NCBI GenBank assembly: GCA_905178155.1
Contig: CAJINV010000005.1
Coordinates: forward strand, 984,564 to 1,048,563
Source: Amoebophrya sp. A120
Lineage: Eukaryota > Protista > Dinoflagellata
Length of the DNA: 64,000 nt
Direction: 5' to 3'
Shown: one piece after another, positions 22,818 through 35,410 of the stretch
Layout: each line of letters starts with the position of its first letter
Numbering within the stretch: position 1 is the first letter of the stretch
Notes under the pieces: generated by a model
The model's input: the letters and a program-made list of their open reading frames with translations, nothing else
The model's database searches: none
Told to the model about the DNA's origin: nothing
Program-made: the position numbers and the translations under genes

Positions 22818-22919
22818 GCACTTGCAACCTAACTGATGACACTTTTTTCGTTGGGCTTGATTTCGTTAGAATGAAAGCTACCTAACTGGTCTGTGTTTCA
22901 CCTGACTAGGTTGCAGTGC
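22818..22919 (+). ncRNA. C/D-box snoRNA, copy 2 (paralog of copy 1)
   Basis: Stem TGCAACCTA/TAGGTTGCA. Box C TGATGA at 22834-22839, box D CTGA at 22902-22905. Identical guide GGTCTGTGTTTCAC; the stem sequence is entirely different from copy 1. Confidence 0.8.
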
Positions 22920-23253
22920 AGCATGAACATACGCAGTTTATCTCACATGACAAAATTTTTCACGCGCTTCGTTGCAAGAGTCGGACCTTTCATGTGTAGG
23001 TGCGGTTCATCTAAGTGGCGCGAAATTGATTCAGTCCGTTACTCAGCGGGTTTTCCTTACACACTGGTGGAGGACTCGTTCTCTAGTGGACAAACAAACA
23101 AACTATTCTTTCGCAACGCTCTTCAGCATGATTTTTGGCATTTGCTGGCATCGCGAATTCGCGTCTCGTGCAAAGCGGCTTCCCTTGCTGCGGCGGTTGC
23201 TTGTGGCAGCCGTCGTGTAGTGGAGCCGTTCTAAACTGGCGCTACAGTAAAAA

Positions 23254-23749
23254 CTTTCAATACTCAACGGTCATTACTTTCCCTTGTGTGGTGACCGTTC
23301 TCTTGTGGAAGGACAGATCCTGTGCTGAAAAAGAGAACTGATCTTAATCAGGACACGCAAAAATGTCCGCGTCCTGTGCAAAGCGACGTCCCTTGCCGTT
23401 TTTCCAGCTCCAAGTCGAAAAGAATTTTCCTGTAGGGAAGTGTCGCCTAAACGGGCGCCAAAGGAACAGCTTTCAATACTCAACGGTCAGTGCTTTTTCT
23501 TGTGCGGTGACCGTTCTCTTGTGGAAGGACAGATCCTGTGCTGAAAAAGAAGCGATCTCAATCAGGACACGCAGAAGTGTCCGCGTCCTGTGCAAAGCGA
23601 CGTCCCTTGTCGTTTCTCCAGCTCCAAGCCGAAAAGAATTTTCCTGTAGGGACGTGTCGCCCAAACGGGCGCCAAAGAAAAAGCTTTCAATACTCAACGG
23701 TTAGTGCTTTTTCTTGTGCGCTGATCGTTCTCTTGTGGAAGGACAGATC
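23254..23749. repeat. About 215-bp tandem duplication, about 2.3 copies
   Basis: CTTTCAATACTCAACGG..TCTCTTGTGGAAGGACAGATC recurs at 23254, 23470 and 23684. Confidence 0.9.
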
Positions 23750-23846
23750 TTCGATACTACGCTTTGGGATGGCATGCCACGGTAGAAATTCGCTCCAAAT
23801 GAGAAGTTGTCGGCGTGCGCATCCTGTCCGGTGATTTTCGCGTGCG

Positions 23847-24447
23847 AGCCACAAAAGCCACCGCGACTCCGAGACCTTTGCGCTTCGAATTGGTGGCGCT
23901 CAGATCCATAAGTCGTAGACAAATTCTTGTTTGTACTGGTTTCCGCACGGCAATAGCATCTTGTCCGGCGGCGCTTGCGTGAGTCTTGGTCTCACCTTTG
24001 ACGCCTTTTTTCTTCCCTTTTGTCTCCCTCTTTTCCAATCGGAACTCTCGCGCATGGCAATAGATTGCGCTCCCGTATATGAGCAGTGAGAAAACGTTTT
24101 TCGTGTTTTCCTCACTTTCGCTGAGGAGCTACAGCAGCCACCGCAACTCCGAGACCTTTGCGCTTCGGATTGGTGGCGCTCAGATCCATAAGTTGTAGAC
24201 AATTTTACGCTCTAATATTCCAACTTTGTCGTGCGCTGCTGGCATTGTTGCCTTGCCTCTTCTCTTGCCTGATTCCCTTCCACTCCTTCCCGCGCTTCGT
24301 AAAAACATTTCGCTCCCGTATATGAGCAGTGAGAAGACGTTTTTCGTGTCTTCCTCACTTTCGCTGAGGAGCCACAAAAACCACCGCAACTCCGAGACCT
24401 TTGCGCTTCGGATTGGTGGCGCTCAGATCCATAAGTTGTAGACAAAT
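23847..24447. repeat. Imperfect tandem repeat, three copies of an about 80-bp core at 240-280 bp spacing
   Basis: CCACCGC(G/A)ACTCCGAGACCTTTGCGCTTCG(A/G)ATTGGTGGCGCTCAGATCCATAAGT(C/T)GTAGACAA at about 23858, 24137 and 24381. Confidence 0.88.
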
Positions 24448-24684
24448 ATCTACTCTTTCGCCACCTCCCGGCTGTCTTTCCATACCCTGCGATACCATGC
24501 AGAGGGCTACTGTCAACCGTCTGTCTTGCTATATGCTTTTCCAGCAAGATAGAACTACTTGACCGTTCGTTGCTGCGTTACTTTCTCCCGCCGGGGTCGA
24601 GCTCCAAGCCGTTGAGAAGCGCTTCCTACCGGCTACCGCCCCAAGAACAATAAAACAATCTTCGTTCCTCCATCTTCACATCAG

Positions 24685-25059
24685 ATGGCGGATCTCCTCA
24701 CATCCGACTTATCGCGCATCGACGACAAGATAGCGTCCGTAAAGGCGGAAAACGAGAACTGCCGCTCCCCCGAGGCCATGGACGAGAAGATACGCGGGCT
24801 GACAAATTTGGTAAAGTCCTGCGGGCGCATCACGCGGGACATTCCGGAACTCGCGGATCTCATGGAGCCCGAGTTCGAGGTGGTGAATATGCACCAAGAG
24901 CTCGAGGATTTAGCTGCGGAAAGCGAGGAATTTTTCGGGGCCTTGGAACGAGACGGGGGAGGGGGGATTGGAAACGATAGTACAGGTACTGTGGTACTTG
25001 CCATGTTTGCGTGTAGTTGGTTCTGGTTGTCTTGGCATCAGAAGAAGATCATGGTCTAA
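24685..25059 (+). CDS. Small acidic coiled-coil hypothetical protein (3' end uncertain)
   Basis: ATG-initiated GC3-rich ORF (MADLLTSDLSRIDDKIASVKAENE..) after a pyrimidine-rich leader. Confidence 0.45.
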   Translation: MADLLTSDLSRIDDKIASVKAENENCRSPEAMDEKIRGLTNLVKSCGRITRDIPELADLMEPEFEVVNMHQELEDLAAESEEFFGALERDGGGGIGNDSTGTVVLAMFACSWFWLSWHQKKIMV

Positions 25060-27561
25060 TTTCAGCTTGCTAAATGAAATTTATCCGCCGGAGTCAGTAT
25101 CTCTCGCGTGGTGTGAATTTTCAGTCGCCATTCGAGTCATCAAGTCTCCCAAAAGAAACTAGCAGCTACTTTGTGCGATGCTCTCTATCGCTGCTTCTGG
25201 TATTTTCTGTGAAGCAGTGGGGAGTGTCCAGTACGCTACAGTGACACGTCAATGATTCAAGGATCACATGATAAGTCGTTTCTTTTCTTCGTGTGGGTCT
25301 GTGTTTGGTTGCTCAGGTCAAATTGTTGTGTAGTGACATAATCCGCAAAAACATCCAAAAACAGCCCCTGCTACGACATCACCACTGCTAGCCCAAACTG
25401 GAGCGTGTCCACCGATCGTGCCGCCACAAGCGGTATGGGAGAAGCTACGAGCGAGACAATTCTTCCGGTACCTCGGCAGGCTCGCGGAACCAGGTGGGTC
25501 TTTTGTTCGTGTTGTTTGTCGTGTGTAAGTACTTCTCTTCTAGTTGCTTGTATGACTCGATCGCCCCGTTGGAAGTTCCTAGTGCTACGACTACATGTTT
25601 GATGCAGTCCAGCAGATGAAGATCTAATAGGATTCTTTCAAAACTCCGGCACCACAAGTAGAGTACGCTAACCTTTCTGGTGCCAGCAAGAGTCCATCAG
25701 CGTGGTTTGGCTGTTTGGGTAAACCCTCAGCCTTTCCAAAAATTCCATACGCTGCGCTGGACATCGCTCTACAATACTCTACGGTGCCCAAAAGAAACCT
25801 TACGCTCGTCCGTAGTGCGATCCTCCTAGACAGCTTCGAGTTTTTCGATTTTGTCGCCCGGATCATTGGCAGATAACCTTCGGTGGTTCGAGTTTTTCGA
25901 GCTGCTTTTTTCTGCCTTCAGTCGCTACTTGGGTGTAAATCTGCGCGGTCCTTAAGTCACCCGTCCCAAGAGCAGTCGGGGATTTTTGTCTTGACAAAAT
26001 CCTTGCTCTTCCGCCGGTTAGACGCCGTCGGCCTAATGGATGTGGTTTCGAGTCATAACCACGCTACAATGTTCCTTGAATATCGCCTACTAGTTTTCCA
26101 TATGGCAGAAATAGCGAGATCAAATTCGCAAGCGTGACGCTATGACAATGGATCTTCTGAGACAAAAATGCAGAGGGTCAGACTAAGTACCCGCACTCCA
26201 AAATTCCGGTTTCGACGCTCGATCTCTGCAGCGTGCTTGACGAAGCTCGGTGGCGGTTCTTCCCGAAGAATTGCCCCTTGCGAGTAGACTTGTCACAATG
26301 CGTTTTCGAAACTACTCGTCTCTCCGGGACCAACTGTGTGGAAGAAGAAACAGAGTGTTTTAGTAAATCCGTTTTGGTTTTGCGTTTTGTGAGACCAATC
26401 TGGATTCCGATTTTGTCGGCACTCAATCTGCGCGGCCCTTAAGTCACCCACCTTGAAGACGAGGAATTTCTTTCCTCGTCTTCCTGCCGGTTAGACGCCG
26501 TCGGTCTAGTAGGTGCGGTCTCGAGTCATAACCACGCAACAATTTGTATTTGTGCTGTCTCATGCAAGAAGATCGCAGTGACTACTGATCAGGAATCTGA
26601 TGCGAGCAGATCAAAATTTGCTTTGTTATGCCAGAAACCAAAATCTCAGATCCTGAAACCATGGAACTGGAAGACCGACTTACGAATCTGCGGTTCCAAG
26701 CCGGGCAGGCTCTACCGGACGACGCTCTAATACGGAACTGGGAAATCGCGGAGAAGGCAAAACTGCAAGCAGAATTACAGGCGTGTCGGGACGATCCAAA
26801 TTTTATCGCCATGGCAGAGGACGACTCGGCGGAAGAACCCGGCAGTGCCTTTGTGTGAAGGGCGAGGAGGCCTTTTATTTTCGTGGATGCAAGCTACCTG
26901 CTCGTCGGGTGCAGCGTGCTCTCGTGCAGCTAGTCGCGGCGGTGGTGATGCATGGGGTCGGTTACGCGACCGGCATCTTTTCGTTTTGATAGAGGACAGT
27001 GGAGGCGAAAGGGGGCGGTCATGGTCCCAGCATTTAGGGAATTTGGTAGCGAAAACATGAACATTGATTTGAAAGATTTACTATTTGTTTCGAAGAACGA
27101 GAACCACAACCACCGCAGGAAAGATGAAAATTCCCATTCCAAATCCGAAAATCGCCGAGCTTCTGCTGCAAGGAAAACTTTTCACACGAGCAACGTGCTT
27201 CATCTTCCCAACAATGATTGAATCGCTGCACATGATTTTTCCAAACGCGCATCAGTGTTCGCGGCGTCACGACTGCTCAGGTTCTGTTGCGTTTCGTCTT
27301 CTGCGTGCTTCGTAAGTGGTTCTTGTTGGTGGTTTGCTCAAAAAAGATCCGTAGTGTACTTTGCCTAAGAACGATTGTTCCAAGATAGAACAATAGATCA
27401 ATCACAATCAATACCCTTGAGAGAACACAAGAGAGGGGCAACAAGAACTGACTTTTGGAGCGGTACATCCAGCAGTTCTGACCGAGAGGACAACAGTAGG
27501 GTAGATTCTCGAGCCTTCTACAACTTCTTCAAAGATTCAGTACTCATCCAGCGTGGAACCC

Positions 27562-28750
27562 ATGGCCGCCACCGTCGGCACACTCGGCAGTGACGTGGTC
27601 GGCGTCATCTCGCCCGGGACCGAGGTGCAGATCGAGGGGTTGCAAAACGCGGCGCACTTGAACTATCAAATGCAAAAATGTCTGGGTCTGGAAACTTGTG
27701 ATGCCGCATGGCAACTCAAGAGAACGCCAGAAATGACGGCTTAGCATGACAGGTTTTTGATTCGCTAGGTGTTGCCTATTCTGCATGAGAAACTGGGTTT
27801 TTGCCTCCCACAAAAGCGGCGCTTTTGGGTACCTTGCATGACAGTCATGCTAGCAGAGCATGACTTTCCAGACCCAGATATATTTGCAATGCATATGAGC
27901 GGGTTGAAGGCGATTGTGGTGGAATACGACCAGGACAATAACCGGTACAAAGTCCTATGAACTGCAAAAGTATCGTACTCGTATAAATGCATTACAAATT
28001 TTCTCAGCATGGGAAATCAAATTTGTCATGCTGATTTACCTTAAGAAAAATATTTGTAATGCAAGACTTGCAGTTATACGAGTGCGATACTTTTGCACAG
28101 GATAAGTCCACGTCGAGGACGATTCGAACATTGCTCTGCGCGCGCAGAACTTCCGAATCCTGTCCGTTGCCGCGGCCCCGGACGTGGTCATTGGCCAAGC
28201 GAGTTCTCCGAACCCAGGAGTGCGGCTGAGTCAGCAATCTGGGAGTCCTGCGAATGCGTCATCGTTGTCGATCAATGTGCCGCCGCCCACAACGGTAAAC
28301 CAGCAGTCGACGGTGACCTCCATCTTGTCCCGGCGGGACAGCTATCAACTGCAAACATGTCTGGGTCTGGAAGATCGCCACGCTTGTCATGCATATTCGG
28401 CATGACCAAGGATGTCTGTAATGCATGCCCTAGCTGCATCAGAAATTTTTACAGGGCTTCCTAATGCCTATTCCGCGTGACAAATGCCATCCCCGCGTAG
28501 CACAAACTGGACTCCTCTTGCTGGTCATGCGATGCAAATGTTTTTAGAATCCAAAGCTAGCATCACAAGTCCGAACTTTCCAGACCCAGGCATATTTGTA
28601 ATGCATAACAGCGAGGACGCGCTGTTTCACAAGCTTGGCTGGACCGATTACGTGTTGTGTGGCGAGTTTCCTTTGTTCACGAAGTCGCTGGTGATTGGGG
28701 GGCTGTGGATGTTTTTGGTAACCATGCTTCTCATCTACGCGCCGCGGTAG
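27562..28750 (+). CDS. Small protein with a VxIxGL..LNG..RYxV (SH3/KOW-like beta-barrel) module and a C-terminal TM
   Basis: After removing three introners: PGTEVQIEGLQNAAHLNGLKAIVVEYDQDNNRYKVHVEDDSNIALRAQNFRIL...SLVIGGLWMFLVTMLLIYAPR*. Confidence 0.8.
27664..27895. mobile_element. Introner, family A (232 bp), TSD TGAAC/TGAGC
   Basis: TATCAAATGCAAAAATGTCTGGGTCTGGAAA...TTTCCAGACCCAGATATATTTGCAATGCATA. Removal gives HLNGLKA. Confidence 0.92.
27956..28104. mobile_element. Introner, family E (149 bp), TSD AGTCC
   Basis: TATGAACTGCAAAAGTATCGTACTCGTATAA...TTATACGAGTGCGATACTTTTGCACAGGATA. Removal gives RYKVHVEDD. Confidence 0.92.
28343..28607. mobile_element. Introner, family A (265 bp), TSD ACAGC
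   Basis: TATCAACTGCAAACATGTCTGGGTCTGGAA...TTCCAGACCCAGGCATATTTGTAATGCATA. Removal gives RRDSEDALF. Confidence 0.93.
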
Positions 28751-29454
28751 AGCCAGAGAAGAACAGGAGGTTGTTGTTGAGACGGTGGCGCCTCGTCGTG
28801 TAGGTACATTTCACATACAAGACTCCTCGCACCCTGCAGTGAACGAAGAGTCCATCCAAGTCGCGATGAGCAGCTCCGATGCCGCGAGGTCATAGCAGAA
28901 GATTTATCGTTGCCTTAGATGGTTGTGAGTGAGCAAGATGAAGTCGAGTTTGTCTTTCGGTGCCGAGGCCGCGCGTGGCTCCCTCTTGCTGCTCGCGCGT
29001 TTTGATCGGCTATCGTGCAAGTGTCTGCGAAACTCTTGACAATCCCTAGAAGATCTTCCCGATACTACATTCATAAGTCAAAGATCCGATTGGAACTAAA
29101 TGCAGATCCAGACAAAGCAGTTTCATAGGATAATTTGAGATCATGATCAGAAGCACAGATGAAAGGCGGATCCGTTAATGTTAAGGGTACAAGATCACGG
29201 CAGAAGCAGATCCACAAAGTTTGTTCAGAACGAATCCACCAAGGTGTGCTCCTCAAATCAAAGAGAAATCGTGGAGATTGTCATTGTCTTGCCATCAAAT
29301 GATCAATTCTTCCATCTCTTGTTCAGGTGTACGAAGCTAGACTTTGCCGCAGGTAAAGATAAAACGTATGGTCGTGTGTAGGTCCTCTGGCGCGTGAAGT
29401 CAGATTGGTCTCTCGTTCTAGTGAGCGGTTTCTTTCACGTGAAAAGAAAACAGA

Positions 29455-30773
29455 ATGGTCGTCGTGCCGCGGTTCGACCCAGCGGCGCTTGGCAAGAAGA
29501 AGCGAAAGCGGGATGAAAATAAACTTGACGTTGACAGCGCTGCAGCAGAACAGTTCGTGGCTGCTGCTGCTGTTCCAATAAAAGAACCTGCTATCGGAGC
29601 GGATAATCCGGAACCCGGTTTCGAGAAGAAGAAAAAAAAGAAGAAGCGAAAAACTGAAGTAGAAGAATCTACTGTCCTCGGAGTTGTGGATCATGCTGTC
29701 GAAGCACCATCACTGGAAAAAGCCGAAGCAGGTACAACACGACCGGGAAATAAAGCGACAGTAGACGATAAAATAAATTCTGCGAGTACAATAGAACCAG
29801 GCTTCGCGAAGGAGAAGAAAAAAATTTCCGCATCAGCTAGTAAAACTTCAGCTGGACCTGCAGTATCCCCCAGAAAAAGACCGACAGGTCATATTTGTAA
29901 TGCAAAAATAAATAGACAAAAAAATATGTATTGCGTGCCCTAAACAGGATGTTATGGCCTCGCCCATGACAGATTTTCCTGTGTATTTATTTTTGCATTA
30001 CAAATATGACCTGTCGGTCTTTTTCTGTGGGATATGCAGGCCCAAGTGAACAAGATGTCAAGCCGAAGTTGAACCGGTGGAAAGTGAACCCCAAATTCGC
30101 GTTCTCCTACCGCAAGAACGAATCTACTGCGGCGTTGCCAGCGACAGTAGAAGAAGAAAAAAGGAAAAATAATGCTGAGGCTCATGGAACAAAAGATGCC
30201 GTCTCAACAGCAGCAGCAGCAGCAGCAGCAGAGGAGGATGATTCTAATGCGGCCGCCAAGGACGAAGCGGAAGCAGACGCAGACGCAGATGCGCCCGCAC
30301 CTGGAGTTGAAGATGATGAAAATATTTTCGAGGAAGTAGAGCAACAACCTGCATTCGTTCCCGATGTGAACGACTGGCTGGCCTCGTTGGGCGCCGCAGC
30401 AAAGCAACCTGGAACTCTAGCGGCAGGAAAAACTACCTTTGATGCTGCTTCATCATCCACTGACGGAACCAAGCACACCTCTGCCGACGGTTCGACGAGA
30501 GCGACAAAACGAGAACTCACCCCCGAGGAAAGAGAGCTCCTGCTCAAGCCCTGGCTCAGCTGGCCGAAAGTGCAAGATGTCGACAAGCCTTTCAAAAAGC
30601 CAATATTGCCTTTCTGCCGAACCGAATCGAGCAAGGAAATGTGGGACCGATGGCGGCTTTTGCAACCGGCGAGGGAGAAGGATATAAAAGAAAAATGGAA
30701 GCAGACAAAGCGGCTCCACGCAAAAATGATGGAAAACAGATGCGTGGAGCGCGGGATGTACAAAAGATCATGA
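29455..30773 (+). CDS. Lys/Glu-rich, probably nuclear/nucleolar hypothetical protein
   Basis: Two ORFs (29455-29943 and 30006-30773) joined in frame by removing introner 29864-30034. Poly-K NLS-like tracts. C-terminal FCRTES..W..KDIKEKWKQTKR is weakly reminiscent of NOL8-type C-termini (tentative). Confidence 0.7.
29864..30034. mobile_element. Introner, family F (171 bp), almost entirely a hairpin, TSD TGCAG
   Basis: TATCCCCCAGAAAAAGACCGACAGGTCATATTTGTAATGCAAAAATAAATA.. is mirrored at the right end (over 50 bp near-perfect IR). Removal gives AGPAGPSEQD. Confidence 0.95.
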
Positions 30774-31446
30774 TTTCATAGACGGACGACAGTAAATCAA
30801 CGAAAGTATATTCATCGACCACACCATATGAAGCGAAAATGAAAAAGTACACATCATGTCGTAGTGCGTGGACGGCGCAAGCCTGTCGCTGCTGCCAAGT
30901 TTTATTTGTGAAGATCTCCTGTTCTTCATCCGTGGTCTCGTGAATGTAACTGGGGGAAGATTCTGTTGGAAGAACGTGCGCGTCGGGCTATTAGTAAAAG
31001 GGTCAAAAATAAGTAGAGCGGTTCGAAAAAAAGTTGAAATTCATAGTATTGCCTGCTTCATCCGTCGAATGCAGAAGTACTTATTCACGTAGGTGCCAAG
31101 AACAAGTCATTTTTCGTTCCAAAAGTCGTAAAGCGTCGTCAGCAGCTGTGAGTTTCACTTTCTGATCTCGTTTTGGGAAGTAAAAGGCGTCCGTTTATTA
31201 GTTGTGTCTTCTTTGACTCTTGGAAGACAAAAGGAATTTTTGCGCGCATAGATGAAGCTTATAGTAAGTTGTAGATTTTTCGTAGCTGCAAGTTCCTCTA
31301 TAGCGGAAAGCAGATTTTTTTCTGGAAGAAAACAAGCAAAAAGGCAAGGTCAGCACTTGGATCCTACCATCGATAGAAATTGCAGGAACCGTTGATCGTA
31401 GAGATTTTTTCAACGAGAAGATATAACTACAACAAGCTCAATAAAA

Positions 31447-34178
31447 ATGGCCACCATGACTAGTCAGCACCAGACCTCAATCCGCGAACGCGAACATTTT
31501 GAGACGGAGAAGCAGACGGAAATCCAGTTTCGCCGAGCGCCCCGGGATGTCGAAATATCGTCCTCCGCGGTCGAGGCAAAGCGCGCCGCACCGAGCAGAA
31601 AAGCGCCCACGCCGGTGCTCTCTTCCACGAGTAAGGCGCGGGCGAGCAGCGGAAGGTCGGGGGTACCCGGAGGACCGCCTAGTGCGGAACTACAAACAGC
31701 AGGGGGACATCAACTGCCAGTAGGCGTACGAGACTCCTCATCCAGGGAGCGACCGAGCATCACCCCCTCAAAAGTGGAAGCCAAGCCCGCAAATCCAACG
31801 CCAACGCGGGGGCGGAGTTCCGGAACTTCGGCGAAGGCAGGCTCGTCGGTTAGCAGCAAGCAGAAATCCAGTGCAGCCAGCAGCGTGGAGCGCGAGCAGC
31901 GGCCCACGAACAGGACCTCGTCGGCTTCGAAAACGAAGGAAAAAGACCGGGATTCGCTCGCGGGAAGCGCCGGCAGCGCGGGGCAGGAGATCCTGTCGAC
32001 GTTCGCGAAAAATGTGGACGCGAAACTTTCGGAGGTACTTATGGATGATTTTCGATCGTTCGTGAGTTTTCTGATGCGGAAAGGAAATTGGAATTCTGAT
32101 TTGTGATCTTGCAATTTGGTGGTCATGTTGTAATCCCACGTTGTCACGTTAGAAACCAAACCTCGATATCAATTGTCCAGGGACCAAAGAAGATTTCGAG
32201 CGGAAGGCGTCCCCCAGGGACGAAAGAAGAGGATGCCGTCCAGTACGTCCAGAGCTTGGAAGCTCGGGAGTTTTCGAAGGTATGAATTTTTGTGATGTTG
32301 CTGCTCCGGATTAAGCAGCATGCCACCACAGTGCAGACGCTTAGATCGTACAAGTTGAGGAAGCATACACAACATCGAACATCAGTGGAAAATTTGCTTT
32401 TTCCGTCTATCAGGAATACAACACCGACGACATGAGCGAGCGGGTGGCAGGGATTCCCTCCCAATCCACGGCGATTTCCAACCGGACCGCTGCGCTCGCC
32501 ATGCACGGCGCACCGATGCCCGCTGCAGCCCAGCAATTACCACCGACGAATTTTTCCCTCCGGTCCAACGCCGCCAACGGCTCGGCAAGTCTGCGACCGA
32601 GGATGGATCAGGTGCAGCAACAGCAATCCGTTGCTGCTGTCACGCCACAAGTCGTGGTGGCCAACAACAATCAAACCGCAACTGGTGTGACCCCAGCACC
32701 GAAGAAATCTTTCACTCCCGACCCCGTGCCCGCGACAGCGGCCGATCCCGCTCTCCGCCCGCCGCTCGGGTCCGATGACGACAGTTGCCAGAGTGTACCG
32801 ACAGAAATTGTGGAGCGCGGGAGACTCCAGCGGCCGCAGCTGAATATGCCGATGCTGAACCGCGCACCGAAGATCGGGGGAGGTAGTTCCTCGGGAACGG
32901 TGAGAAGTAGGTCGCAGCAGCTGAACGCGCGGAGAATACCCGGGCTGGTTCCAGAGCAAACAAGGCAGTACGCCGCAACCCCCACGATGGAAACGAGCAA
33001 CGGCGGGCTGGTGCGGCCGCAGGGGAGTAGTAGCAGTTCCGGTTCAACAGCAGGTTCTACGCAGCAACCGCAGGCAGTCGGGGATGTTCAACCATTAGGA
33101 AGTGCTGCTTCGAGGATGGCAGCATCTAGAGGCACTACCGGCGAGCAACAGAACGTGGATCTCTCGGTGGCGCAGCAGCAGCAGCAGGTTCTAGCGCAGC
33201 AGCAGCAGACGCAGCAACTTCCGCATCAGCTCCAGATGAACAGACCACCAACGGGACTAGCGCCAGCGTCGAGCTCGACATTCCAAGCGAACATACCGAT
33301 GCCGCAGAATCCTTCCGCTACCTCATCATTCATCGCGAAGTCACCGATGTATTCGAATCAGCCGCAGTTTGCCGCCGCGTCTCCGTCATTCCTGCAGCCA
33401 CCGGGTGGGCAAGGATTCGTTCTGCAAAGATCAAACTTCCAGCCCCCAGCACGGACGCCGCTCATACAGCCGACCGCGAGCGCTGTGCCACCACCGAAAG
33501 CAGCTGGTGCGCCGGCTGCTGCAAATGGGGGTGCAGCAGGGGCGGAAATCGACGAGAGCCCGATACCGGATCTCTTATGCATAGACTTCGACGACTGCCT
33601 CGCTATGGGCCACCTGTACCGCGAGGAGCCAGATCCCGCGGAGTGGGCGAAAAACAATTTTGGGGATGAAACCCGGGTGGATTATTTGAAGTTCCACCTC
33701 AGAAGGATACGTCTGACGAAACCGAGTATAAATTTGTGTTGCTTAGTGATTCATTTCGACGTGAAGCATAATTGGGATACAACTAGACTATGACTTCATC
33801 AACTAAAATTTGAAAATCCGATATCACTCCTGAAAACAACAAGAACTCATCCCAGGTATCAAGATCTGCGTGATGACTTTGAACCAGACGGAGCGAGTCG
33901 TGGCCGCGCTGAAGCAGTGGGAGATGGACTCTCTGTTCGACAAAGTGTTCGGCTCGGACGTGCCGCCCTTCAACAGTAGCAAGGCCGCTCGGATGGGCAC
34001 GCTGATGAGTAACATTCCCGGGGCCCGGACGGGGTTGCTCATCGACGACAGCGCCAGCAACATTGCGCAGGCTGCGGAGTACGGGTTCGCGACCATCCAT
34101 GCCAAGCACATCACCGCGGAAGTGCTTGTCCGGGTGCAGACGGGGCAATACACGAAACCGGTGGTGCCGAGGGCGTGA
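31447..34178 (+). CDS. Long low-complexity protein with a C-terminal HAD-superfamily hydrolase domain
   Basis: GT-AG introns at 32035-32180, 32280-32413 and 33726-33855. HAD motif I LLCIDFDDCL, motif II ICVMTLN and motif IV LLIDDSASNI. Confidence 0.8.
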
Positions 34179-35410
34179 CGTGGCTGGGGTTTTGCTGGTC
34201 CTCGAGGACCAGCCTCGAGCTGTCATCTCAACCTACTGCTGAGCTTCCCCGAGCTACTCGATCCTCGTCGCGGCCCTCCAGGATAGGGACGACCACCTGG
34301 AGCAGCAGCTTTATCGAATGTACAACTCTACTTCCAATAAAAGCCTTTTTGTAGTTCCATCAACAATGAACTTCGAAATATTAAAACCTTCAATACATTC
34401 CAAAGAAATCGTCAAAAGTTTTTCCAAATACGCCATTGCTTTTTGAAAATTTGATCACATGAAAATAAACCACAATACATAAAAAGAGACTTGTATGTTG
34501 TTGCTTTTTTCGATTCAACACCCTGTATAGCTACCTTTGTTGTGACTACGGGCTCCTGTCGCTTGCAGTTGTATCGGGAACGGGGACAGTTTTTGAGCAG
34601 AAGCTGGAAGTAGTTTTTTGCACACTCCCTCTTCTCTGTTCGACCACAAGATAAACTCGACCTTTGTACGAACTGTAAAAACGACGTCGAACAACTTTTT
34701 TGCAACTTATGGTTTGCACCACTCATTTGGAAAAGCGAGCTGCTCGCTGTCATAAGAAAACACGTAAAAGAACTTGTACTCATTTTTAATGCGGGTTGTA
34801 CAATACAACCGGCACGCTGTTGTTTGTTTGTGCTGTGGCGACCAGTAAACGCACCTTGCTCGAATAGTGGAAGATCTACATGTTGTGTGTGAAGAGCAGG
34901 GACGACGCCAGTGGAGTTGCAGAGAGATCATTTTAGGGGCAAACTTGCGGGCGGGGAGAGGAGGCGGAGTTTTCCTCGGAGCGGAAAAAAAGTTTTTTCG
35001 TCTTTATGGCACAGGCGTTCGCGAGAACCTGACTTGAATTCCATACGCTCTTCTATTTTCTTATTAGCCGCTCCGGAAGTTTGATGCACTGTTTGCCTGT
35101 AAAAATCCCTTCGTTTTCTTTTCCGTGACACGACGACCGATTTGGTTTTTCGGCCGCCATCATGCACGACTGCGAACACGGAGGTGAAATGACAGCACGA
35201 GAGTTCTTGGTTCTTGTCACTGGTTTCTCTGTGCTGGCGCTCTGTGCGTTTCCGTCTCCGACAGGTCTTGCACGGAAATAAAGGTGACGACGATGCTGTG
35301 AAGAGAGAAGCAAGTTCTGCATTCGGCCCGGTAGAACCAAGTGCTCGGCACCTTTGGTAGAAGTAAGTTGCGTTCTTCACAAGAAGTACAAACATCGCGC
35401 CGTCAAGAAC

